From Chlorokybus atmophyticus (lineage: Eukaryota > Plantae > Mesostigma and Chlorokybus algae), in contig RHPI01001715.1 of assembly GCA_009103225.1 (NCBI GenBank), forward strand, positions 772,011 to 836,010: a DNA stretch of 64,000 nucleotides, given 5' to 3'. Below are positions 12,497 to 24,900 of the stretch, in pieces. The position numbers and the translations under genes were made by a program. Position 1 is the stretch's first letter. Each line of letters begins with the position of its first letter. The notes below the pieces were generated by a model, which ran no database searches, was not told the DNA's origin, and worked only from the letters and a program-made list of their open reading frames with translations.

Positions 12497-15400
12497 CTAC
12501 CTCTTCTGTTTGAGCACCTCATGCATGGACTCGATGCACCGCATCGACCTCATCCTCCCCAGCGCATTTGGATTGCTCGACATTCGTGCGAGGGCTATTG
12601 CGGCGTTGTGCCTTGCGCTCCACGCCATCTTATCATCCCTCATAACACCCACCAATGCCGGCACTAACTCCTCTCCTTGTCCCAACACTCCCAACACGTT
12701 AGAGTCCTTTGCGCACTCCGACACGCACAACGCCGCGTTGCCCGCCACATTGGAGTTGGGCGAGATGAGGGCGTGTTGTAGAGTGGGAAGCCAGGAAGGT
12801 TGGGATGCGAGGGAGTGCGTGCCTTCACGCGTGGTTGATATGGATGCCAAGAGGCGGATGATGCATTCGAGGATGGCTTCGTGGTCGTTGTCTGCATGGT
12901 GTGGTGCTTTGGTAGTTGGAGGGATATGTGCGCATAGCGAGGCGGCAATGCTTTCTTGTGCCAGTTGCTTGGTCACCTGCAGTGGAGCACATGGATATAC
13001 CTCAGTCATCAAATAGAAGTGCAGACTTATAATGCATATGGGTTGTGGGTGTGCACACTGCACGCACACACCCACAACCCTTCAAGGTTCTGCATGTGCG
13101 CCTAGTAAGCAAATGCACTTGCACTCACGCGCATGTTGACATGCCATGCGCTCTTGCATGTGTCTGCAGTAGCACTACATGTGTGCTCGCACAAGTACAC
13201 TCACGCAGGCCCTCACACAGGCACAAACATGTCATTGTGCGATGTTGCGCGCACAACTGACCGTTGGGTGTGCTGCGAGGCGGCAGAGCACGCCCAACGC
13301 AAGCGCGGATATTGAACCTGTTGGCCTTTCGCCGAGTACGCTGAGCCTCAGCAAGGTGTGCGCGATGCCCTCGCGCTCTGCCAACAGATCCCGAAGAGTC
13401 CCTGCATCATCATGCCAGTTCACTGCAGTGTCTAACAAACTCACTGATTGCCAATCCATGAAGCAGGAGTCAACACATGCACATACACAAGCATTGCCTC
13501 ACCTTTTAGGCAACAGTTTTTCAAACACCCCAACACTGCCTTCACCACACTCTCGTCTTGCTTCTGCATCGACACACACAACATGTTACGCAAGTACAAC
13601 ATACATCAACAACAGCGAGCCTGCTGCCATCATCTTACCCTCTCTATCACTTCTGCCAGCACCGACATCGCCGCAGCCCCGATATTGCAATCTGCAAGTG
13701 TGTCCCGCATGCGCGGGTGCATGCACAAGTTGCCCAACAGTGCTGCTGCGGCTGCTGTAATGGAAGGTGAAGACTCTGTCAAGTAGGCAACCACCCGCTT
13801 GAGCGCCTGCACACCAGTGCACAATACATTTGTGTATACATGCAGCTGTGTGCGTGCGCATGTGTGTGTCATGTTGGTCTTACTGATGGGTGTGTAGCAA
13901 ACTGGGTTTGCACCATTTCCTCAACAGCGCAGTTGCGGAGGATACCAATCATGATCCCATGCAAATTGTCATCAACCTTGCTTTCAAGCAAGTTCAGCAG
14001 TTGCTGCGGGTCAGCGCACAGCACACGCCTCCCGCACTCTGTCGCACATCACAACATTTTGTTTGTCGTTATTGATAACCAACACGACACCCAACATGAT
14101 GTCCAACTCACTGTGCGTGCTCGCGGTCTCAAGAAGTTCGGCTACTGCGCGGGTGATGTCCACGTGGTCTGTGGCTTCCGTCTGGCTTTCTTCTTTGGGT
14201 TCCCTCCCCTTTCCAGGCAGTAGCCAAAGCTGTTTCGCGACTGCAGCGAGAGTGCCGTCCTTCGTCAGTTGAGACGCATTGGCTTCTGTGCTTGCAGGAA
14301 AAGAAACCAAGTCCAACTCAGAGTTGGTCGAGTCACCAACCACAGTGGAGTCACAGTTACCTTATGCTATGTCTCAAGGAACTCACTAATCAGTGAGTGA
14401 CACGAGTGCTGGGGACTACCTGGCTTGACATATGTGACTTTGAAGTTGGTAAAGCAGATGAAGCAAGATCATAACTGTAGAAAGGATCAGAGTGCATACG
14501 CACGCGTATGTACATGCGCGTGCACCTGTGCGTGTGTAAGTGCATGCAAGTGCGTGCGCACGCGTGGTATGGTATAGACCCGTGGTTGCATGCATGTGCG
14601 TGTCTACCTTTTTGCGCGTGCGTGTACAGGTGTGTATAAATGAGCATGTGCGTGTTTGATCTCGTTGGAATAACACGAACTCAAAACGTCGTACCTTCTG
14701 TGGCCAGCAAGGCCAACACACGCAGCGCGCCTGCTCTGCACTCGACACTCGCAGACTCTTTGGCGCACGCGGATAGCGCGTGCAACCCCCCCTTCGCTCG
14801 CACGTACGCCATAGTGATGCTCTTGTCTTTGTCCTCGCTCACCGCCTCGTGCATGGCCTTGAGTGAGGCCAATAAGGCTGTCAATGGTGCATGTTGGTGA
14901 TCAGTCATGGCTTGGAGAAGTCCATCAAGCGATGACGTTGGGTCTTTATCGGTATGGATGACGCTCACACGCTGCAAAGCCTCCTCTTCTTGCAGTCTGA
15001 ACACCAGTCATCGACTTATATAAAAGTCACAGACACACACGCACGCGCACACCCATCCACTCATCCACCCACCCCACCCACCCACCCCACCCACCCACCC
15101 ACCTGCCTAACACATCTCTCCTTAGCTCCTCCACCTCCTCCTCGTTCCCTTCCTCCCTCTTCTCGATCGCTAACTCGACATCCCTCATCGCCCCTCTCAG
15201 CAGCTCCGACCTCGCCTCCGCCGTCGCTGACGAGAGGGTGCAGAGGCCCAAGCAAGCGCGCGTGCGACGCAGGAGGGACTTGAGGGAAGAGGAGTCGAGG
15301 GTGAGGGCGGAGTTGCAGTCGGAGAGGGCAGGGGCGAACCTGAGGAGGTGAGTGGGTGTGTTTTGTAGTACAGTGGTGGGTGGGTGGGTGGATGTACTCG

Positions 15401-16380
15401 TTGACTGCTAGAAATGGTGATCTGATGCATGCACGTCGCAACACGCATGGTATGCATGTGACCATGTACTTAAGCAGCACCTCTGGAGTTTGATGTGGGC
15501 TTGCGCGCGGTTGGAGTACAGAACAGCGGTGTTGGTGGTGGTGGTTGATGCCAGCTGGATGGCCTCGCTGTACTTTTCACACGCCTCTTCAAACCTCTGC
15601 TCCTTGTACAACTTGTTGCCCTAGCAGAGATGCTACACCCAATCACTCTCAACCAACAAACAACAAACACTAGCGATAACAACAGTAACAACAACACGCT
15701 TCCCAACCTCTTCTTGGAGCCGTTTGATCTGCGCTTCACTTCTCTCCCTTTGCTGCGCTGCCCTCGCTCTAGCATCAGCCTCAGCGGAAGCCATAAACGC
15801 TTTGGCTTTATCTGGCAAAGCCGCAGCCAAGCCGTCATTTGGGACGTCTTTCGCTCCCACCTCCTCGCTCCCTTCTTCATCCTCCTGCCAGCGCTCCCAC
15901 CGCCTATAATCTGTACAGCCCTTCTTCTTACCCATCAACGCCTGTGTGGTGCATCATCTGTTACAACAAGCAGCACGTGTCGTATAAAAAGTCAACTTGT
16001 GATCCCCCCCAATGAGCAGTGTTCTTCACCTTTTCTGATGTGATGGGGAGGGCTGTCCGGACCGCACTGGTGGTGATGTTGGTGGTTGTGGCAGTTGTGG
16101 CGGTGCTGTGTGCATGAGACGGTGAGGCTGACGATAATGTTGCTGTTGATGTTGATGTTGATTGGGAATGATGAGTCTTCTTGTCAAGGTCGTAAGGGTC
16201 GACTGTTCCGGCACACAGCCCGCGGACGAGCTTGTCTGCAGACAATGTATGTGTGCATGTGTATGTACGCAGGTGTGTGCGTGTGTATGAGTTGTGCAGG
16301 TACAAGTAGTGCTTACCAACGTTGTCCACTCTAGACAGGAAGTCGTCCAGCTCATCCGCCTCCTTCGCCGCCGCCATCAT
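12497..16380 (-). CDS. TTC12: Tetratricopeptide repeat protein 12 (TPR + armadillo repeats; ciliary dynein assembly factor)
   Basis: Multi-exon gene. N-terminal DELDDFLSRVDNV, AFMASAEADARARA, TPR GNKLYKEQRFEEACEKYSEAI..VLYSNRAQAHIKL, and C-terminal NVAGNAALCVSEC..ARHNAAIALARM are collinear with remembered human TTC12 (QKFLKNVD, AFLASVEKDAKERA, VLYTNRAQAYMKL, LVGNAALCLGNC, NAGIALGKL). Internal exon boundaries were not all resolved. Confidence 0.85.
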
Positions 16381-17903
16381 CTGGCTGTTGAGTGACAAGA
16401 GCGGTGTGGGCGCTTAACGACAAGTGTTGGAATTGCCGTTGAAGGCGCCGCTCACGTGACCACCAACGGCGGCAACAAGTCTTGCACCATCTAACGAACT
16501 GTACAGTAACGGCGTGCGAGAGATACTATCACAGGGGGTGCAAGCTCTGCCCTCGGTGTAAAGGATCCCCTTACTGAATAGCCACACACCCATTTGACCA
16601 ATAGATCAAACTCGATCTCTCTATCAACAGGAACATGTACATTGATTGAGCCGTCATTCAGCTGACAACATCAATCGAGAAGCGAAACAAAACCAATAAA
16701 TGTAAGATCGCATATGAATGTCCGATCTTGACATGTGCCGCGACAGTGCATATGTTAAACTTCAAGTGTTGTGAGGGGATGTGGGTGGTATGCGCTAATG
16801 ACATCGCGAATTTTCGTAAACAACATTTGTTAAGAAATTGTTTTACATGTTTTCAACGACTATTTAAGAGCACAAATGTTGCATGCATTTCAGTTTGTGG
16901 TCTAAAATATAGTTGAAGGTAAAGATTAAGAAACTTACAAGTTGCTGCTTGGTCAAGTAGTTTATAGCATGACGGTACTCGTGTATATGCGTATGTATAC
17001 TGCATTCAATAAACATTGCGGTCGCTGTGTGCATTTTGATACACGCGGCAACGCGCATCGTCGCATGTTGCTTTTGCTCGCAAAGCAAATGATGCTTTTT
17101 GCTTGTGATTCCGCGCTCTTTAACCAGAACCGTTGGATTCCATTATACTATGCTCAGCAGCATGAACTATTATAGTTAACGATAACTGGTAAACCAAAAT
17201 GCAAGTTATTGCATTGCAAATGCATTTCGCGTGTGGTAATAGAAGTAACATGTCGACTTGATGCGTTCACACGCATAATCATCTTTTTATGGATGTGATG
17301 TAATCCACGTACAATATATTATTATTTGCATTTTGTAGCTGGTGCATTAATAAAGTGTTACAACTTTATAGTGGATGTGCATTATTGCATACCCAGTGGG
17401 TGGATTGTTGCACATTTTTAATGTACCACGTCTGACGAGCATTTCAACTGTTTTTGTTCACATGATAAGGAGGTCGGTGGCACAAAAGCGCTGATTTGTA
17501 GTCACAGGATAACCTAAGTAAGCCTCAGGTATCTGTGATACCATGCACCGGTAAAGTTGCAACCAAACAAACTGCACGATCAGTTCAGGTGATGTCAGAT
17601 GAGCTCACAATGTTGTGCAACAATAGATGCTATGACACTAACAACATGCCAAAATTAAATCACTTAAGCGGTGAGAATGATCTTGCTCTCATGTTCGTGT
17701 TTGCACTTACATCATCCCTGCTCTGAGCTTTTAAAGCCACTGTTATGTGTTACTAACACATACCATTATCAACATTGTTGTTTTATGTGGTTATTGCCTT
17801 CATACAGGTTGCCAATGCCTTCCGAATCTGTCAACCTGCCCTAATGGACTAACGCCGCTCCATGTGCTTTATTTCCTAAATCTGCCGAAACTTTCATTGT
17901 TTG

Positions 17904-17963
17904 ACTCGGGTAACTCCACCTTTTATATCAAGGGCTTGACATAAAAGGTGGAGCTACCCGAGT
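17904..17963. repeat. 29-bp inverted repeat (2 mismatches, 2-nt loop)
   Basis: ACTCGGGTAACTCCACCTTTTATATCAAG-gg-CTTGACATAAAAGGTGGAGCTACCCGAGT. Confidence 0.9.
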
Positions 17964-19542
17964 TTCAATGGCCTAAGTTGGCATACCATGAGTGATCACG
18001 TATGCTTAATATTATCGTGTGCACATGGACTAGTCAGCGTGAATGGACGTCATTAACATGCCCCTCCCCCNGGTCGTGTTATGATGAGTGCAACAACATC
18101 TAACATAAGGTATTACAGCGATGATGTGGTCACGTGTCTGAAAGAAAAAGAGCATTTTTCTTAGTCTAGATATGCATGAGATGTTTATCAGCACAACGCT
18201 TGTAGCATTTGCCCTCATAAAAAAAAGCCCCGGCGCGTACAACGCCAATGATGTGGCAAGCTCCGTTGCATAATGATACTCCGGCATTTGTTTAGGTCGT
18301 TGTAGCTGGTGCTAGCATATGTGAATCAACATTGCAACTCAATTGTTACTTACATTACTACATATTCTGTCGAAGACAACCCCTCACCCCTCTACCTTAG
18401 GTGTTGTAATAGACATAATACAACACCCCACGTAGATTTTAAAAGGGGGGGGGGGGGGTATGTACCCCCCTTGTACACTCAACACCCCCCATTACAACAC
18501 CCCCCACTGATTGAGGAGGGGGGAAGGGCTTTGTTTGTAAAGGAGGGTTGCAATACGACGCAAATACGGTTATTGCCACAATGGCACCTCGCTATAACAA
18601 TTACACCATATTTCGGCATGGTAACCGATGATAAGGGCCTTGATCAAAGAGCGTAACTGATCTACTTTGGTGTCAGCAAAGTTAACATGACAAACAGAGC
18701 ATTGGTAAGGTAGCCATCGGATGGCTGCCACTGGTAATAGTCGCGAGTCATTACATACGGTAACTTAATACCTTATTTCTCGTGTATTGACGCCATGATA
18801 TGATCGCGGAAAATTTCTGCCATTCTAAGTAATCAAGATCGTGTCTTCACTTAACGTGTTAGTGAAGCGAAGCACGTTAAGTGAAGCAAAGGGCATGAGG
18901 AATATTGCACATTTGAGCAAATGCTCTGGTGGTAAATCATATTTGAGATGCATTTTAGACACGGCTTTGAATTGTACAAATGGCAAGTTTTCAGAGATTT
19001 TTTATGTTTAGCCATTGAATGCGTGCTGTTCAACATCCAGTGGGCGGCAGTGGGAAGTTTGCGGCCTGGTGACATTAACACGAGCTATTGCATGCTTTGA
19101 TGGAAAAGAGGATGAGCAGCCATTCCGCTCAGTTACCGAGAATTAAACTCAATCAAATTGAAGTTACGTGAGGCGAAGGGCGACATGAGAGTTCTCTTTA
19201 TTTCTCTCTCACATTTTATTGAGATTACATCATATAGTCTTCAATTTAAGCACGTTGCTAACATAATTTGCGTTGGTAAATGATGATGGCGATGTTTAAC
19301 CATTTGGTGAGTCAACATGCATATAGCATCAAAATTAACTCTTATGCGCTGCAGTGCGGCGCATATCAACGACGTTTTGAATGACGACCTACTGGCTCAA
19401 CTTTTCCACGAGCTTACATAACACGTAATAAATTACTCATATAGTCGTATATATATGTCATATATAACAACACATCTAAGGTTGAATATGACAATCAGAG
19501 CAGGCGTGAACAAACGGCTAACATCTGACCTAATTGCAGCTA

Positions 19543-19546
<4 letters not shown>

Positions 19547-19600
<54 letters not shown>
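19547..19600. repeat. (GA)n microsatellite
   Basis: Pure GA dinucleotide run. Confidence 0.97.
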
Positions 19601-19606
<6 letters not shown>

Positions 19607-21975
19607 TGAGCTAGGCCTAACCTAAGCACGTAGATTGCTTATGCATGTTAATACGCCTGTGGAACGCACCGTCAGGTAGTTGCCAACAGCAACCACCTCT
19701 CGCTTGCCGTGCCCGCCATGATGGCGATGCCATTACGTGTGCCAAGCCACACGTCAAACGTAGGACATTAACTCAAATTTGATGGTCGATTGTCGGGCCT
19801 GCTCCAGTCAGTCGATCAGCGCCTGTGGTGCTTGATTGATTGCGCCATACATGCCGCCTAGCTGCACCGTTTACCCCCCCCCCCCCCCCCCCCCCCCCCA
19901 NCAGATGAGGTGCATAAGGTATCATACCTTTAAAAGCTTAATAGTGGACGGTTGTGCGTGTGCAAAGCAAAGAACACCAACAACTCAATAACAACAAGGC
20001 ACAAGCAAGACATTTTATGGGGGCCCAAAGCATCGGTCTAACAGGGAGATTATGACACAATTTCTTAAAAAACAATGTGAGTACACCAGGGCGGGGAAAT
20101 GCTGGGCAAGGCAGGACAAGGGCAAGTGGTTACCACTTAGACACCATTTCTACATCATTACCCATTGGTAATATCCGATGATGTAGAATGCAGTGCCCAA
20201 CGACTGATGACCGCATTTTTGCGCGTGTTCGCATGCACGCGTCATATGGCGCGCCTCGACGACTTTTTGATAACTTACCTCGAAAATGGCTTCGTGTCTG
20301 GTTGTGTACATTAATACCTACTCTTATACCTTTCTCAAGTACGTTTTATTTACATGTTTCATTCATCACGTACATGTGGGCAATAGTGTTGCACATACAA
20401 ACATACTAAATCATCAGCTATATATGTTGCATTGTTAGCGTCATGTGGAGATTGGCTCCACTTAATTTATCCACGCACATTGAAAGTTCAACCAATTCTA
20501 TTATATAAAAATTCCGATATTGCACATGTCACGTAACATGTGCAATGACGGATTTAAGGCGGCACTTGGTGCCGCGATATACTGCGGTGTCTCCAATGTG
20601 CTTAGCATGCCTTACATGCAACACACGAGCCGCATCGCATACATTTGTTGAACACTTGTACGTTTGCATTAATCGGATGAAGCCATCTTATGAGTCCTTC
20701 CCCTCTGTCTTTTTAAATGTTATTGCTAAAAGAACACAAACGTCTAATAATGGCGCAAATTATTGGTTTGTGTTTTTTTGTTGCCAGATTGGTGCTATGA
20801 TATACTTGCATTCAAATACGCTTAAATTTGATTAAGTTTTAACAACGAGTCATTCTTTGCTGACAAACTTGGCATCAGTATACACTCAGAGCTGCTGCAT
20901 AAAAACCATCATATACATGTCATAGGAATCATCTCTTATGTTGCGAGGAGGCCTGTGTGCCGAGCAAGTCGTACCCATGCTTGATAGCTGAGAGAGACAG
21001 TGTGCAGCGCAAAAATGTGTGTTTCATCCCAGAAGTTATGGGATGTGGTGACTGTGTGATGGTGCAACCGCTGTATGTATGATGGCATGATAGTGAGCAC
21101 GCACATTGTGGATGAACTTGTGTGCACCTGTTGCACAGATAATGGTTATGCAATAGCCGTACCCCTGCATGAGCATGTCAACCTCCATCAAGCATTGTAG
21201 TTACGTAGCCGGGCATAGTGGTAATCAAATCGATGAAAACACTGTCAGCCCAAAAATCTTTGCAATCAATGAAAGCGGACTGTTATTTTACATCAACTTG
21301 ATAAAATGCATTACAATAGCGCAAGCACAGCATTAAGTATGGAATAATGTAATCCGTTTGATAGTTGGGCAGGCAAAGTGTGGCAACCATGTGCTCTGCA
21401 CAGGTATTCAAGGCTATGCGTTATACATATCACATTGCAAGCACGTGCTGAACGGATCCATCTTACGATCACCACCCTGTGTAGCAACATCAGTGTAGCT
21501 TGATTATGAACTATTGCAATGTCGCAGATGTGGAGTTTGAGCGTACTATTGAACATCAAGAACCCCAGCTCCACAACCACAGCATACATTAGCCAAGACC
21601 ACCTACTCTATCTTGGTGGAAATGGAACAGCGCAACCCAAAGTAACCAGCACCACATGTCACATGTTACAAAACTTCTGCGAATACGTAAGTATTTGTTG
21701 ATACTTCGTTTAAAAAACTCAATCATTCAAGTGCAATTTTTCTGCTTAATCCAACACCCTAGTTTTCAAGCATGCAAAGTGTATATCTCGCTGTGCACAA
21801 CGCACGTTGAATGGCAACCAATATCTTATGTCGACCACTTGTTGAAGTCATGCAACGTTACAAGTCATTGTGATTAGCGCAATGTCTGGCCCCTCATTGA
21901 AAATTTAACAACATCAATTCTACTGCAGAAGCAGCCTTGATGAGGGCAAACTACTACTACTACTTACAGGGAACT

Positions 21976-24900
21976 CTACGCGTGCTTGGGTTTTTTGACC
22001 TGCTGTGAAGTGCCTGGTTGCTGCTGATGTGCTGGTTCCTGCTGTTGTGGCTGCGGTTGCAGCTGGTGGTGGTGGACCCCAGCCGACTTGGGAGTGGCGT
22101 TGTACTGCCCAATCGGCATAAATAAAAAGCCCTTGGGTAGAGCTCTGTTGGTGATATTAGCTTCTTCTGGCGTCATCAAGCGCTCGTCGGGTCTCATGTC
22201 TTCCTCCTGTATAACAGATGTGTTGGAAATATGTGTTGACACATGCAGCCTGCAACGTAGCTTATGGCAGGACAAGCACGAGGCAGACGGTTGCATTGTC
22301 TGATGCTCACCCCTGGTCTGTGGCGTTTCAACAGGGTAGCGGGTGAAGGGGATGTGAGAAAGCCTGGAGAGTACATGCCTGCGGGAAGGGGCATGGGCAG
22401 CTGTAACCTTGGGGGAGCGTGCTGCGCATAATGACGCATGAGAACAGTTGCCCTACACGCGCACAGGTTGTCTACTTTGCCATGAACACCAAACCTGCTG
22501 AAGCGTGCTGAGGGGAATGGCTGGCGCAGGCACAGCTCGGGGTAGCGGTGGAAGTGCGACTTGCTGTTCATCCAACTTTTGCCTGCCAACTTTGTTGACG
22601 CCTGGCTGCACTGGTTCAGCGCCAGGCATATGCAACAATGGTGGCGCTGCTTGACCTGCAAAGCGAAAGTTTACAACACAAACTGACGCGAGTGTCGCAG
22701 TTTGGCACAGGTCATCAAGTGTTGCACAACCTCTTGCAAACTGGTACACAAGCTTACCATCAGAAGTTGATGCGCCATCTTTTCGTGCCATGGCCGGAGT
22801 GCCGCGACGCTTGGATGTACCCCAACCAGATTGTGCCGAGCCACCAGGTGTAGCAGCAGCAGTGGCGTCTGCAGGCGCTGCGATTGCAGCTGCTTGCAAG
22901 CGGCCCGCAAAGGCATCACCAGACGCCTTGACGATCTCATGCTGAAACAACCTTGAGTTAGCATGCGCACAGCGGCAGTAACACAACCACAGTTAATGGA
23001 GGCAAATTACCTTGATCCGCTCACGCCGAACCACTCTTTCACACAACAACTGCACACGCTCGAGATCCAAGCGTATGCGCTTGAGCAATGCGAGCTCCTC
23101 CAAACTGTCTTGGACTTGCGAGTCGACCTGTAATGAAGTTCAGGACAACAGTATTTGGACGAAATCCCATGCGAGAATGAGGGACGGATATTGCTACATG
23201 TTTAGAAAGGCTCATATTACCTTAGCGCGCAGAAGTGGTGAGTGCCGATGACAGTAGATTCTTCGCAAGAACCTCCCTCCCGACAATTCCTTTACAGACA
23301 TGTACAAGCCAGTGCGTCTCGCACACAGCGGATGCAGGCCATGCATGCAGTGGCCGAAGTTGCACTGCAGAATAATGTGAAATCAGTTCAAACTTAACCA
23401 AGTAGATTTGCCTGAGCGACATAGTCTACTCTTTGTATATCATTACCTTCAAGCAGGCACCCTCCTGCCTCCGGCAGACTTCACAGAGCAATGTCCATCT
23501 TTCTTCTGGGACATCGGCCTGCACATCAAAGGCATGTCAGGACAATGCATTCACGGCACAGACTGCTGATAATAAAACTGCCCCCAAAGAAAATGATAAA
23601 AGCAGGCGACACCAACCAAGAGCTTACCAAGTTATGCGCAACTGCTGTCTCATTCCTGGCAATGCTGATTTCTGGTATCCAATCTGCACAGTATGCATGC
23701 ACCCATCGCCCATCTTCAAGCTGCTTGAAAGCGCCTTTCTTGACAGGGCAGAGAACACAGTCGACACTTGCCGACAACCCTGGAACAGGATACAGCTGAT
23801 CAGGTGAACATGCAGGCAAGCCTTTTATGGTCACCTGTCAAGGCACGCATCCAACACTGTTTGTTACCTGGTTGCCTTGTGCATGGTTGACACAACCATG
23901 GGCCAATATGCGAGTCTGGCACCCCATAACAGTGGCTATGTACAGAAATGTGACATCCGTCGCAGCGACGCATGCGGTTCTGTGTGCTCCAAGCTGCCGC
24001 TCCACAGATAACACAAACCAGGTCACCTTCGTTGTTCTGTAAACAATGCAATCCCAGTAAGACCAAAAGTCTGCCCACTGAGAACTTTTAGTAGCAGCAT
24101 ACCTTGAGCACCAGCTCATCCACCATGCGCCCAGCTGGGATTGAGGGTATCTGTTGACCGAAAGCGTCCAGATTGCTTCCATCCCTGCGTACATGACCAA
24201 CGCGTGACGACGCTGCGGCGGTGGCTGCCAGTTGCTTCGCTGTTTGTGCTGCCTCTCGATGACGCTTCTCCTTGCGAGCCCGGCGCGCGACTTCCTTGGC
24301 AACAGCAACAAACTGCGCTGCCTCGGCCTGTGCTTGGGCTAACAGCTGGGCTTTTTCCCGCCGTTCAGGAAGTTGCTCAAGAACCTGCTGCAGTAGTTGC
24401 GTGCAGTGGGCATGGTTGGCTTGCAGTCTGTGCAGAAGCTGTCCCTGTCGGATCAGGAGTTCTGCGGTGATGTCGTCGTCGGGTGCCAACCGAATCAGGT
24501 GCTGCGCATGTTGCAGCTGGTCAAGGGTCCTGTCTTGAGGCTCAACTGGCTCGTCCCCAATCGCCTGTATGGACGCGCCGATCAACGACTCCCTTAACTC
24601 TTTGTTCTCTGCCATGGCCATGGCAGAGCGCTTCCGCTTGCACTGTGCAGGTGCATTTTCTGTACCGCATCGCCCTTTTTTCCAGACTAGGCATACAGAG
24701 CAGCGAGCAGGAGTGGGTGGTGTGGTGGCGCGGCTAGGGGTATCAGGCTGTGAGAGTGGCTTGGCAAAAGCGGCTCCTGCATCACTGCGGAAGGCGTCTA
24801 AGCGGTTGGGAGTGGTTGGACGCAAAGCGCTGGATGTCTCTTGGTCTTGATCAAAGTCCATAGGAAAGGGGTCACTCATTGTATCAGAAACTGGGGACGT

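Noticed and set aside
20950-21150. MYDGMIV stretch reminiscent of a viral/polinton TVpol polymerase motif
   Set aside because: Only a few residues match, the frame has multiple stops, and there are no neighbouring viral genes.
16500-21900. tRNA/snRNA/rRNA genes in the long intergenic region
   Set aside because: No T-arm (GTTCRA), U1/U2 or rRNA signature was found by eye; a covariance-model scan would be needed to exclude ncRNAs.
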